A stretch of DNA of 64,000 nt, taken from NCBI GenBank assembly GCA_964016885.1, contig OZ024741.1, positions 226,796,001 through 226,860,000 of the forward strand. Reading direction: 5' to 3'. The notes beneath the pieces were generated by a model. That model was not told the DNA's origin, did not search any database, and worked only from the letters and a program-made list of their open reading frames with translations. This stretch comes from Eledone cirrhosa. Taxonomy: Eukaryota. The number at the start of each line of letters is the position of its first letter. The stretch's first letter is position 1. The translations under genes were made by a program, and so were the position numbers. This document shows, piece by piece, positions 37,843 to 51,912 of the stretch.

Positions 37843-40800
37843 AAATGGCGACCGTTGTGGTCAGTGTCCGATAATCGGACGTGTGTAATTACGGCTTACA
37901 TGAAGGCAACATACCATATATTGGAAAAAGTTGAGTTACATTACGCGGTAAGACTACATACAATAATTCTACATAAGTGTTTGAACTGTAAGTGTGTTGT
38001 AAAACACCTATTTATATGAACGATACATACACTTATGATATATGAACGATACATACACTTTAACATATAAATGCAACGTTGTTATATTACATTTATAAAG
38101 AAATATAAAAGTAACGTTTTCGATTCAGAAACAAAAACATAAGTGTTTGAACTGTGAATATGTTGTGAATAAGTTGTAGAACACCTATTTATATGAATGA
38201 TACATAAATAAATAAACATATAAATACAGCGTTGTTATATTATATTACATTCATAAAGAAATATACTAAGTAACGGTTCTTTTTGTTCTCGATTCAAACG
38301 ATTCAAGAACAACGTTTAAAACACAGTTGTAGAATTAAAAACTAACTGAAAAGAAATATTACCCAAGCTGTGAATAACTTTAAATTTGATTCTGACAGAA
38401 CTTTGTCGAAACTTTTAAAGAAGATCATCGACTATTTTGAAAAATAAATACGAAATATTAGTGAATAGACGAACTCATCATGGCAAAAAGTACAAGTCTC
38501 CTTCGACCAAATCGCAACTACAACCGTTGTATACAGTGGAGCTACGAGCTTAACAAAGTATTATATGAAGCATACAAACAATCTGAACCCCAAAAGTTCG
38601 GTTTTATGCAAAGACTAAAAACTTTATGGAACTCCAAACACCCAGAATTAGACTTTTCTCCAAAGCATTTAAATGAACAGGCAAAACGTATCATTAGATG
38701 TAAACTGATACATCTAACGGAATTGAGTGATACTACAAATACAGCCCTTGTAGACAACCACCCCACCTCCACTGACAGACAAAGAGAATGGCCAGCTAAA
38801 TCTAACAGTGAACAGCTCACCAACAATTTTGCTGAAATCCATCCCACTTCCACTGAAGAACAGCGAGAAAGGTCAGCTAACTCTAGTAGTAATTGTCACC
38901 ACATCAACAACGAGGCTGAAATTCATGACTCTACTGAACAAACAGAGCACCAAAAACATGTGGACACCCTACAAGTGACATGGAACGATATGTTTCAAGA
39001 GATACACAGCCTTAATGTGAGTGACAGACCATACAACACCAGAATCAGTAAAGAACCCACTAAATTGGAATTTGAAGCGGTGAACGAAATAGCTGGCAAT
39101 TATCTGAAGGCTATACGATCTAAAGGTGTAGAAACGACATTTGAAACGCTTAATGTTTTGTTATATGTTTCAGCTGTCACATTGCTATCATATAACACAC
39201 ATCTAAAACCACGCAATCAAGATACAAACAGAAAGCCTGAACCAGCGTGGATGCGAAATTTAAAAACCAAAATTTTGTCCCTGAGACGAAGTATCTCACA
39301 CATCGCAGTCGTTATGAAATGCAACATAGAGAGCAACTTCACACGACACCAGGAAGACCTAAAGAAAAAGTTAGAGAGACGATTTGGAGATACAAAATTT
39401 AAAACTTTGAACTCCAGCTCACAGCTACAACAGAAAGACTAAAATATAAGTCAACAGCACATAAACGACAAGTGCTAAATAGATTGTTTGCCAGAGATTC
39501 TAAATCAGTTTATCGCAGCTTCGGTGGCAAAAGCTCAATCCCTGTAAACGACACCCCTTCAAAAGAACAGGTTGAGAGCTACTGGAGATCTGTATGGGAA
39601 ACGGATGACGGATTCAACAGACAAGCTAATTGGCTAAAAGAACTGGAACAGGACTACTGCCAACATGTCCAGATAAAACAATATGACATAGATGGGTCAA
39701 TACTGGAAACAGCTCTACAGAAAATGTCGAATAGGAAATCGCCAGGCCCAGACCTCATTACAGGATACTGGTTGAAGAATTTCACTTTCTATCGGCAAGA
39801 TCTCATACGGCTGTTTACAGAAACCATTAAAGGCACACAAGAACTGCCCAGATGGTTATCAACTGCCACTACTCTCCTCATTCCCCCAAATAGCCAAACC
39901 ACCCTTGCTAAAAATTACCGCCCAATTGCTTGCCAAAACATCATGTATAAATTATATACTGGGTGCCTTAACCTGTTCTTACAGGATCACTGTGCTACCA
40001 ACAACATCATAACACCTGAGCAAGCTGGTGGAAAGAGGGAGGTGTGGGGTTGCATAGATCACCTACTAACTAACAAAATGATTCAGGAAAAAACAACAAA
40101 GTATCGCAGAAACATGACTGTGGTGTGGCTGGACTATCAAAAAGCATTTGATAGTGTACCTCATGGGTGGATTATTAAGGCTTTACAGTTAGATAAAGTC
40201 CCACAACCATTGGTAGCTGCTGTTGAACGCCTGACCAAGAACTGGTACACCAATTTGATCCTTAGAGGTGAGAAGGAGCAAGTTAAGACTGATAAGATAC
40301 ATTACCAGAAGGGCATCTTTCATGGTGATAGCTTGTCAGTGCTACTCTTCGTTCTCTCACTGAATCCACTATCTTACCTACTCAGGAAACAAGGTGGACA
40401 AAGAAGTGGGCCCAGAAGTATCTCCCATCTTTTCTTTGTTGATGACCTGAAGTTGTATGGGCCAAATATCAATGACATCAAGAAACAATTGGACCAATTA
40501 CACAATTTTCAACAGACATCAAAATGAAATTTGGTGAGTCCAAGTATGCATAGTTGGCAGTAAAACGTGGAAGAGCTGTGTCCTCCTCTAGAAATCTAGA
40601 GATGAACGGCCTGACAATACAACCTCTACAGTCAGGTGACAACTACAGATATCTTGGACAGGATGAGAATGTCAAATATGATGGACCCATAAATAAGGAG
40701 AGAACCAGAACTGAATACCTCCGAAGAGTAAAGAAAATATGTTCATCAGAAGTCAGCGTACAACAAATACATTGCCTACAATACTTATACTGTGCCAATT

Positions 40801-42152
40801 CTAACGCCAACATCTGGCCTGCTGAACTGGTCATTGCAAGAACTAAGTGAGATGGATGTTAGAACTGGCAAACTTCTTAGTGTTAGTGGGAACTTTAACA
40901 TCAATGGTGATGTGGATAGGCTATACTTCTCACGCAAGGAAGGTGGCGTGGTCTAAAATCAATATTAACAACATATGAGACCCGGATAGGAACACTGAAG
41001 CAACACCTTCAACAGAGGAAAAAGGTTGGCAACCATCTTGTCCAGGTTTATGAGCATGAAAAAAAAAAAATCATTAGAATAGCGACTGATCTGGAGGAGA
41101 GATATGGAATAAAGCCTGATATAAATCTCTCACCCAGAGAAATCGGAAGATCCTATTCAATGTTCAAACAAGATGAAAAAATTGACCAATTTACAGAAAA
41201 ATTTGTGCATGGATAATTGAGGCGTAAAACACAGACCATAGAGGGGATAAACCACTCAAAAAGCCTGGCATGGAGTTCCGACAAGTTTATGACATCACAC
41301 CTTGAGGAATATCTCTATGCAATACAGGAACAAGAACTCCCTTCCAAATATCTGCTGCACAAAAGGAGAGGGCCAGCAGCTGACAATAAATGTAGGCTAT
41401 GTAAAACAAAGATCGAGGATGTAAGCCACATTGATACCAGCTGCGAAAGAATGTCATCTCGCTACTACCTCCCCATGTGACACGATGGGATAGCTAGAAC
41501 CATCTGGAACGCACTTCGGAAAACAAAATTAACAACAAACGAGGAAGAATATATTGAGACAGATGGCACTAAGGAATACTGGTGGAACCTGAAAATAAAA
41601 ACTGCCACCAAATTAAAGCACAACCGGCCTGATATTGTAGTTTGGGACAAGACATTGAAAACGTGTTCTGTTGTGGAGATCAGCTGCCCACTTGATGTAA
41701 ACGTTGTCAGAAAAATACAGAAGGAGGACATCTACGGACCATTGATGAGGAGTTTACAAATCCAGTATCCAAGATACACCTTTAGCTTCATACCCATCAT
41801 TATTGGAGCTACGGGTTATATACCAACCCGCTTGGACCAAAGTATGACTGAACTTGGATTTGCGGACAAAAAGCGCAGCTCCCTAATTCATAGTCTACAA
41901 ATGGCTGCGATAGCTGGCACCTTCAAAATTTGCAAAACATTCTTGCGATTCAAGGAATGACAATTTCTTTTCTTTTACAACCTTGCCACCAGGAAGGTGG
42001 CCGGTCAAAAAAAATATATTCGAAATTAAGAAAAAGAGATAACATACATACATACAAGGGATGACAATTTCTTTTCTTTTACAATCTTGCCACCGGGAAG
42101 GTGGCCGGTCAAAAATATACTCAAAATTAAGAGAAAGAGAGAACATACATAC
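37843..42152 (+). mobile_element. R4/Dong-type element A (ORF 38480-41960, disrupted), 3' UTR duplicated, (ACAT)n on both flanks
   Basis: WSYELNKVLY N-term; KSPGPD; NYRPIAC; DYQKAFDSVPH; GDSLS; FVDDLKLY; CRLCKTKIEDVSHIDTSC; VVEISCP; IPIIIGATG. Confidence 0.92.
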
Positions 42153-45100
42153 ACAGTCAACGCGATCAGACGCATATTTCGGCGTGGGAGACTATTTATT
42201 AAATTTAAGATGAATACTATCTCCGATAGTAATGCCACAACTACAGTCATGTTGAATAACTGGTTATTCTTCTCACTATATCTTCTGAAGACACCTTTTA
42301 TTCGAATTCGTAGAGATATCCGACTAAATACATAACTCATTTTACAAGGATTTGCTACAATCAGCATGGCTGAACACAACTTCAACAACAAAATTAAGGA
42401 AGTATCGAAGACAACCAACAAGAAAGGTAAACAAAATTATTCAGGTTGTAGCTACAGAAGAAACCGAAATTATAAATCTCATTTCTCTTGGGGTTGCGAA
42501 CTTAATAATGATTTATTTAATTGTTATAAAATGGCAAAAAACAATCCCCCCATTGGCTATATGAACCGAATAAAGCTACAGTGGGACGAAATGCACCCAG
42601 AGCTAAATTATTTCACAGAGAAACAATTACGCCAACAAGCGAGGTTTGTTGAACGTAAAAATAAGATAAGTAGTATTAATTGTAATCCCCCACAACAAAC
42701 ATGTTATCAACAACACGTGCTACAGGTCGCCATGCTACTAGACTTCCTAGCAGCCAAAGTCGAACAGCGCCTTCAAACAACTATACCTGTAAGAAACTTG
42801 ACACCACCTGTACCATCTACGTCTACCTCGAATGCTGGGGAAAACACTATCGATAATGATAATAATCGAAGAAATAATAATAATAATCGAAGAAATTTGA
42901 CACCACGTGTACCACCCGAGTCTACCTCGACTGTTTTGGAAAATACTATCGATAATGATAATAATTATTATCATTATCGATAGTATTTGATTATAATCAA
43001 AAGTATAAACAATTGAAAATTTCCCTCAACGAAATCTTCCAGAGAGAAATTAAATCATGTATAAATATCTCTCTTGTTGAACGTAGTATTAAAACGACAA
43101 TGTTTAATAAAAAAAAAAACAAATAATGAAATATTACGTGTTATTGACGAAATAGGGGATGAATATTTAATACGGATAAAAACCCCAACATTTTGGCAAT
43201 CAACGCCTGTTTATATGCCCTAGCAATGACAGTGAAGCATTATCTTGGTGACAGCAGAGATATTAACAAGAACAGAACACCACCAAAAATACCATCATAT
43301 ATAACTAAAATAGAAAAAAAGATTGCTGACCTAAGAAAAACCATAGGATATGTGACAATGCTCCTTACATGCAAACAAACACAAAAAACCTCACTCCTCA
43401 CCAACAAAGAGTGAAAAATAAAATAGAGCCGATGTTTGGTAACAGTAGAACCAGAACTCTTCAATATAAGCTGCTCACCCTCAAACAAGAATTGAGAAAC
43501 GCCGATACCTGAAGAAGGTAGATGAGAGAAAAGTGCTTAATAAAAGATTCAGACGAAACCAAACATCAGTCTATAGAGATATAAAGAACAAAATAATAAG
43601 TGACACTATCCTAAATAGACACAGATTCCTTTTGGAGCAAAATATGAGATGAAAAGAAGAATTTCAACCAAGATGCAGTGTGGGTAAGAGAAATCCGAAA
43701 GAACTATTGCGCCTACACTACAACAAAATCATACGAAATAAGTAAAGGTACCCTTGAGACTGCGATAGGAAAACTCCAAGATAAGAAAACACCAGGAAGA
43801 GACGTGATTGTCGGCTACTGGTACAATCGGAGGTATCTCACTGACCTCTACCAACAAGTTCTTAAGGGAGATACACTTATACCGGAATGGTTGACATTAG
43901 CACAAACATTACTGGTCCCCAAGAACAAAGACACCCACTTGGCAAAAAACTACCGACCCGTTGCATGCCAGAACCTGATGTATAAGATGTATACAGCCTG
44001 CCTGAACCTATTCCTACAAGATCACTGTGAAAATAATAACATCATCACAGATGAACAAGCATCTGGAAAGAAAGGGGTTTGGGGATGTGCTGAACAACTC
44101 CTAATCAACTGCGATGTCGGAGTTGATTAGAGAGGCTGTCTTCTTCTTGGGCTACTATCCTAAGGTTAAAGACAGAGAGGGAGGACTCTATTTTCACTGA
44201 TAAAATAAAATATCACAGGGGTATATTTCAGGGGGACATTCTCTCTGTGATATTATTCATCTTGTCATTAAAACCCTCGTCCTTTCTGCTCATGAAATGT
44301 GAGGGATACATCATTGGCTCACAGGAGGACAGAAATACGAAACTAACCCATAATTTCTTTGTGGACGATCTGAAACTCTATGCCAAGAACACGGATGGGA
44401 TGAAGAAAAATCTTGACCTCATTACAACGTTCTCAAAGGATATAGGGATGGAGTTTGGCCAAGATAAATGCTCATACATGACTGTAAAGCGGGGAAAAAC
44501 AACAACCCAGTCTAGTAACATTGTCATCAATGGCCTAACTGTTTCACCGATATCTGATAAGGACTGCTACAGTTACCTGGGGATAGACGAGAACATATCC
44601 TATAATGGTATCTGTAATAAGGAACGCGGAACCAGGGAATATTACACCCGATTAAGAAAGATCTGGTCATCGGAACTCTCTGCGCAAAACAGAACAGTGG
44701 CTCACAATATGTTTGATATGCCTGTCCTAACACCAACATTTGGAATACTCAATTGGACGATAGACGAAATCCGAGCAGTTGAAGTTGGAACTCGAAAAGT
44801 ACTAAACAACACCGGAGACTTCCACATCAACAGTGACATAGACCGCCTTTACTTGAAACGTAAGCAGGGCGGCAGAGGCCTAACATCAGTCCAGACAGCA
44901 TTTGAATGTCGCATCATATCTCTCCGACAACATCTACGAACCTCGAAGCGTAGGAGCTCGTCTCTCGAGCAAGTCTATCAGCATGAAACAGATAAGATCA
45001 TGAGAGTTGGGAAGGAACTCCTCGAGTGATATTCCCTGTGTGATAATCAAAAACTCACACCCAGGGAAGTCGCTCAGCAGTATTGCAGTGAATCCATAGA

Positions 45101-45640
45101 TGAAAAACTGCATGATTATCAGCAAAAAACCATGCATGGATATGTTGCCAGGAAGCTCCTGAGTGATAGTAATATAGATAAGGAAAGTAGTCTATGTTGG
45201 ACCAATAACCGCTATATTGGCTCTCACTTTGAAGGATTCGCTTTTGCATTCCAAGAACAGGAGATTAACACGAAATACCTGATTCACAAAAGAGATAGGG
45301 ATGCAGGCAAAACCCCTAGATGTGATAACAAGCGCAGACTCTGCAGAACTAACATCGAGGATATCACCCATGTCATCAGCAGCTGTCCAAAGATGTCATC
45401 GCGGTATTATCTACATATGAGGCATGATGTAGTGGCCTAAACACTGTACACAATGTAGTTCGTAAAAAAGATAGCCCCGATAATAAACACATTAAAAGCT
45501 GCAGCGATGTGGAAGACATCCATGTACATAATATGAAAGAGTACTGGTGGAATGTTCCAGTAAAAACCTCAATACAATGCAGGCATAACAGACCAGATAT
45601 TATGATATGGGACAGGGAGGAGAAAGCATGACATTAAAAA
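42153..45640 (+). mobile_element. R4/Dong-type element B (ORF from 42366, disrupted, 3'-truncated in RLE), tandem to element A
   Basis: WGCELNNDLFNCY; KTPGRD; NYRPVAC; FFVDDLKLY; RLCRTNIEDITHVISSC; MRHD. Confidence 0.9.
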
Positions 45641-45904
45641 ACAGTAAAAATATGTAAAACATTCCAAAAAGTTTGCATCTAATAACTGCATATAGACATT
45701 TACAGATACAAAGCATATACACATGCACACATACAACTCAAAACATACACATCCGCACATACAATAACATCCATATCTACACATGCATGCATAATCTACC
45801 TAGTTGATGTGTAAATTCCAATGAGAGAGTCTTGTGTCTATGTTAGAAACCGACTCTCTCTCTATTGGGAAAAAATTTGTGAAATTATATAAACAGAAGA
45901 GCAA

Positions 45905-46240
45905 ACATACATACATACATACATACATACATACATACATACATACATACATACATACATGCATACATACATGCATACATACATACATACATACATACAT
46001 ACATACATACATACATACATACATACATACATACATACATACATACATACATACATACGTACGTACGTACATACATACATACATACATACATACATACAT
46101 ACATACATACATACATACATACATACGTACGTACGTACATACATACATACATACATACATACATACATACATACATACATACATACATACATACATACAT
46201 ACATACATACATACATACGTACGTACGTACATACATACAT
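45905..46240. repeat. (ACAT)n microsatellite with periodic ACGT variants
   Basis: Direct inspection. Confidence 0.97.
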
Positions 46241-46790
46241 GATAGCTGCTGATTTGTAGCCGAATATGATCCCATTTTACATGTCCTGATTCCCTTCTAT
46301 TCCTTGATAGAGTCTAGGAAGGCTTTTAAGGCGTGGTACTGACCTACACGTAACACATGCTGCACAGGCGTGTGGCGCCACTGTATTAAGTTCTTAATCA
46401 CCATTGGTCTACGGTATGTAAATGTGCCTTGTTAAACCTGAGTTTGACCAACAGGTTTTATTACAAGGTGAGAACTAGAAAAGTACTTGCCTGTCTCTTA
46501 TGTCACATCAAGTGGTTAGTCAAATCCAATCTTGACAACAGTGTATTGACGTTTACACCTTCGCTGTTCCTCGTACCAATGGAAATGTTATGCTTTCCAT
46601 CTTACGAGCTGAGGAGAGAGACTTTGTGGGGAGATGCTGACAGCCTCCAATTTATCTGAATCATTATTAATCTGTTTTCTGCAAGCAACAAAATTTATTG
46701 CTAATCCTAATGGATTAACAGTAAATTTTTCAATAAAAACTAACCAACATTTTGGGTGGCTTATATATATATATGTGTGTGTGTGTGAGG

Positions 46791-46894
<104 letters not shown>

Positions 46895-47020
46895 TGGGTA
46901 CGGAATCAAAATGCCGTTCTAAAGTTTCTATTTGGCAGTTATTTTTCCTCGGAGAACTAATCCTTCATTTTCAATAATTCCTGATCAAGTGTACTTCATT
47001 TTTCCGTTCTTATAATGAAT

Positions 47021-47178
47021 ATAATTGTTTCTACTTACGGCACAAGGCCATCAATTACCCAGTACATTACTGGTACTTTATTTTATCGACCCCGTAAGGA
47101 AGAAAGGCAAAGTTAACCTCGGCGGGATTTAAACTCAGTCCGTAAAGGGACGTAACTGTGCTACAAAGCATGGTGTCT
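47021..47178 (-). mobile_element. SINE (dominant family), head-truncated
   Basis: Reverse complement of core and tail. Confidence 0.8.
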
Positions 47179-48265
47179 GCAGTAGCATGGACCCAAAGCT
47201 ACTCACACCGACATATATGACTATCATCAATAATAAATTCAAGATGTCTGCCCATTACACATCATCTAATATAACATCTATTACATTATTGCATGTAAAA
47301 TGTATTTTACCTCTGAGTAACAGGAATATAATTTTCTACCTGAGAAACATTGCCATATGCTACTAGATAATATGTATGCATGGTACTTACAGAAATCCAT
47401 CTATCAACAGATGCAAACTTACACATGACAACGTATCCTATATTTGCCAAACACAGACATTGATCATAATATAGTGCAACTAAATCAACACAACGTACAA
47501 TTGTGCATGAGACATCGCCTCAAGATGCTTGAAATCTCAACATGAAATTTCCTCAATCATTCCAAACTTAAATGGCCAAAGGGTCACAATCTCGCAGGAG
47601 TTTTTACACTTTGAACGTTAACAATTGAAATCTCTGTTTGACCTCACCCGAAAAACTGTTCATAAACAAATGGTATCTACTCAACCCGAGCTACCTATAA
47701 TTGGGTGTCTGCTTCATAAATATTGTAGAATTCATCCACAATATGTAAGGAATTCATTTAATTTATTTTTACCACAATGTAACAGAGTTGTATAATAGCG
47801 TCTTTACCAACCTGAATTATCTCAATTCAAATAAATCTGAAAACTGTATTAGATCCAAATTCTCTCTACGAGAGAAAAGTACATGAAACTGAAGCAAAGT
47901 ATATCATCAATGCAATCTACAAGCATTTTAATATGCTTGAAAGAGTAATAGCAAAACCGAATTTGCATAGTCAAAGAAAATGTTCACAAATTGCTTAAAT
48001 TAACAAATTATTAAGCACTTGCTTCAAAATGGCATTTATTAGCATACGTTCATTAACTCAACTAGACTATTCGTTGACGCAAAGTTACTTAAACCAACTC
48101 ACAATGTTACTATTAACGTATTAACATTCATTGTATTTTTCCATGTAATGTGACTTTCAATTGCATGAGAAGGAGTGAAATTTTCTACACCTGGGAGATA
48201 TTGGTATATGGTACAAAACATACAATAACAAGAGGGAGAAAGAGGAAGATAGAGATAGAGAGGAG

Positions 48266-48336
<71 letters not shown>

Positions 48337-48831
48337 TCCAGTTTTGTATGCTGATCTTTACAAGGTAAAGAAAATATTGAAGAGATGAGCCACATGAATT
48401 CTCCAACACGGCAATTTTAAATAGAGAAGTGGCAACTAAGAATTATATTTGTATGAAACTTGGAGTATATGCCATAACTAAAGTCAGTTTGAATTCAACA
48501 ACATGCCCTCATGGTTTCCCAGTTATCTTAAAACGTTCAAAAGGTCAAACCAAACCACTTCAGATACGTTCCTAAATTTTCTTAAATGTGATATGCTCAA
48601 AAACAAAAGTAATTTTATATATATATAGCAATAGAGTCAGAACAGATACTAAAACCTGATGGCTATACTCTGATTTCACATACTAGTATGGTCATCGATT
48701 CGAATTATAAAACAAAAATTATTTAAGTTTTTAAGAAAAAATGACTTAAGCGATACCCAGCATGAAGAATTTGTTTTACTAATTACTTTTTTATGTTAAG
48801 GCAGATACACAATCAGCCTCAAGAAGATATG

Positions 48832-49773
48832 GTATATTTGGATTCGTGAAGATGTTCCCTGGTAATGAACGAAAAAAAAGCGACGATAATACGTCGTTAT
48901 GTGGACCGAGAAGAATAATTTCATGCAAAGACAAGACCAAGTTTATGGTGTAAATGGAGTCGATAGACTAATATTCTATTTAAAATAACCGAATGATTTC
49001 CAGCCCCGGAGTTTAAGAATGATGTAAATAAAATTGTAAACGAAAATGACAGAGGTTATTAAAATAGTTGTTTCTACTTTTGGCACAAGGCCAGCAATAA
49101 CCCAGTACATTACTGGTACTTTATTTTATCGACCCCGTAAGGATGAAAGGCAAAGTTAACCTCGACGGGATTTTAACTTTGCCTTAAAATAGTAAAAGTA
49201 AATAGTGAAGATTGAGGCCAGTACATACGTATGCGCCGACGGACATACACATACATATACATACGCACACACAAATACATACACACACACAAACACATAC
49301 ACACGCGCGCGTTCGCGCGCGCGTGTGTGTGTGTGTGTAAAACTTATGCATTTCTACAGTATTTTCACCAAACTTAAGACATAGGTTACTTATGTACTCC
49401 GGATGGTCATGGGCACTTTCATTTTTCCATATATTGATTATAGAGCCTCCCGGCAGATAACCCCCTTTAACCACTTCCTTGGAGTCGACTGAAGCACTGC
49501 AGTGCAATGCAACAAAACGTCATAACTTCTGGAGTTCGCAACCGATTTTCACAAAACTTGACACATGGGCTACGTTTGTTCTACAGATGAATGTGAACTC
49601 TCAGAATTGGCACATATTGAGTAGGGGACCCCTGGGCGGGGCGGGAACCCCCTTTTGGAAAAAGTCGATGATTTCGTAAACGTATAGTTTTCGAAACAGC
49701 ACTGAAGTATTGACATAAATGGTATACATAACTGCTATTTAATACCGGAGCAACGCCGGGTACCTCTACTAGT

Positions 49774-49851
<78 letters not shown>

Positions 49852-51098
49852 ACAGTAAAGCCCGGCGTTGCTCGGGGCTGCTCAGTAGCTGTGTTAAAGT
49901 TACAATGTTAAGTTCCTTTCTTGGCTTAAAAACTGTAGAGTCTACAGTGTAGACTTTCATGTGGTACGTTTGATTAATATTCCCTCAACCAACAGTATGC
50001 CTTATGAAGTTAAGAAAACATAACCATAACTCGAATGTTAAAACAAAAGAGGGTGCTGGGATAAAAACTGCACTGGTAATCTATTAACAAAAATCGAACA
50101 TGTAAACACTGCAGCACTTGTCTCAGAGAAAAACATCAGCGTAACCAAACTATCAGTTATTTTGAAGCAAAGAAATTGGATGGACATGAAAAACAAACAA
50201 AAAATGCAATTTCATCGCCTATCACCTCTCTGCACGACTGTCTGTCTGCACAACTTTATCGCCTATATCACCTCTCTGCACTGCACAACTTTATCGCCTA
50301 TAGCAGTAAAGCCCGGCGTTGCTCGGGCTGCTTAGTAGCTGCGTTAAAGTTACAATGTTAAGTTCCTTTCACATTCATCTGTAGAACAAACGTAGCCCAT
50401 GTGTCAAGTTTTGTGAAAATCGGTTGCGAACTCCAGAAGTTATGACGTTTTGTTGCATTGCACTGCAGTGCTTCAGTCGACTCCAAGGAAGTGGTTAAAG
50501 GGGGTTATCTGCCGGGAGGCTCTATAATCAATATCTGGAAAAATGAAAGTGCCCATGACCATCCGGAGTACATAAGTAACCTATGTCTTAAGTTTGGTGA
50601 AAATGCTGTAGAAATGCATAAGGTTTACACGCGCGCGTGTGAGTTTGTGTGTGTGTATGTATTTGTGTGTGCGTATGTATATGTATGTGTATGTCAGTCG
50701 GCGCATACGTATGTACTGGTCTAAATCTTCACTATTTACTTTTACTATTTTAAGTTAAAATCCCGTCGAGGTTAACTTTGCCTTTCATCCTTACGGGGTC
50801 GATAAAATAAACTACCAGTAATGTACTGGGTTATTGCTGGCCTTGTGCCAAAAGTAGAAACAAATATTTTAATAACCTCTGTCATTTTCGTTTACAATTT
50901 TATTTACATCATTCTTAAACTCCGGGGCTGGAAATCATTCGGTTATTTTAAATAGAATATTAGTCTAACGACTCCATTTACACCATAAACTTGGTCTTGT
51001 CTTTGCATGAAATTATTCTTCTCGGTCCACATAACGACGTATTATCCTCGCTTTTTGTCTGTTCAGTACCAGGGAACGTCTTCACGAACCAAAATATC
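48832..51098. repeat. Large inverted repeat: arms ~48832-49597 and ~50369-51098
   Basis: Arms read as reverse complements across flank DNA, a SINE fragment and Helitron-internal sequence. Confidence 0.9.
49330..49772 (+). mobile_element. Non-autonomous Helitron, 3' part
   Basis: CCGGAGCAACGCCGG hairpin about 10 nt before CTAG|T. Confidence 0.75.
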
Positions 51099-51361
51099 GT
51101 CTTCCTGTTTTCCTTCGGTTGCAACGTTTCTCGAAATATTTAATACTGCGTTCACAGATTGAATTTTTTAGTTTCAGAAGATCCCGTTAATGTTGAAAGC
51201 AGCGATTCTTTGCTTAAACTTTCTTTCTCAACCCTCTCCCCTTTTTCTCATACCCTCTCTCTCTCTCTCTCTTCCTCTCTCTCTCTCACTCATACCCCAT
51301 CTCTCCATTCCTCTACAGAATGGAGAACAATAAAGAACGCGCAGATCTCGATCGCTCTCTC

Positions 51362-51448
<87 letters not shown>

Positions 51449-51912
51449 TTATATATATGTGTTTGTATGTGTGAACCACCGTTCGTCGCCATCCTCTCTC
51501 TCTCTCTGTCTCTCTATCTGATTATCTTGTACCTCTCTCTGTATAACGACCTATCTCACTCTCTCTCTCTACATCTCCCTTTCTCTCTTTAGATGTATAT
51601 GTATATGTGTGTGTGTGATATATATATATATAGAGAGAGAGAGTTGCAACATGTATGTAGTTTCATAGATTTTTTTTAGGGTAGTAATGAAAGTGAATAA
51701 GCATGTAAGAGAGAGGGTTACAGCATGTATTTAGTTTTATCGATTTTTTTCATAGAAGCAGGAAATCTTTGGCAAAGTTTATTTCGCGGTGACCATCCTT
51801 GGTAAATTTGGAGCACATTCGAAGAAAAATCATCAAAATCGGTAGAGAAATGTGGAAATGCATAAAAATCATAAACACACACAGAGAGACATCTTCCGTT
51901 TTATATATAGAG
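50301..51912 (-). mobile_element. Probable minus-strand non-autonomous Helitron; second 3' end at ~49850-49876, another 5' end at ~52501
   Basis: Reverse complement CCCGAGCAACGCCGGGCTTTACTGCTA 3' hairpin; 5' ends TCTCTCTATATATAAAAC and TCTATATATATATAAAAC..TGTCTGTCTG; pairing of ends is inferred. Confidence 0.5.

Noticed and set aside
49184-50724. Duplicated ORFs MHCSASVDSKEVV... as a gene pair
   Set aside because: By-product of the inverted duplication of Helitron-internal sequence
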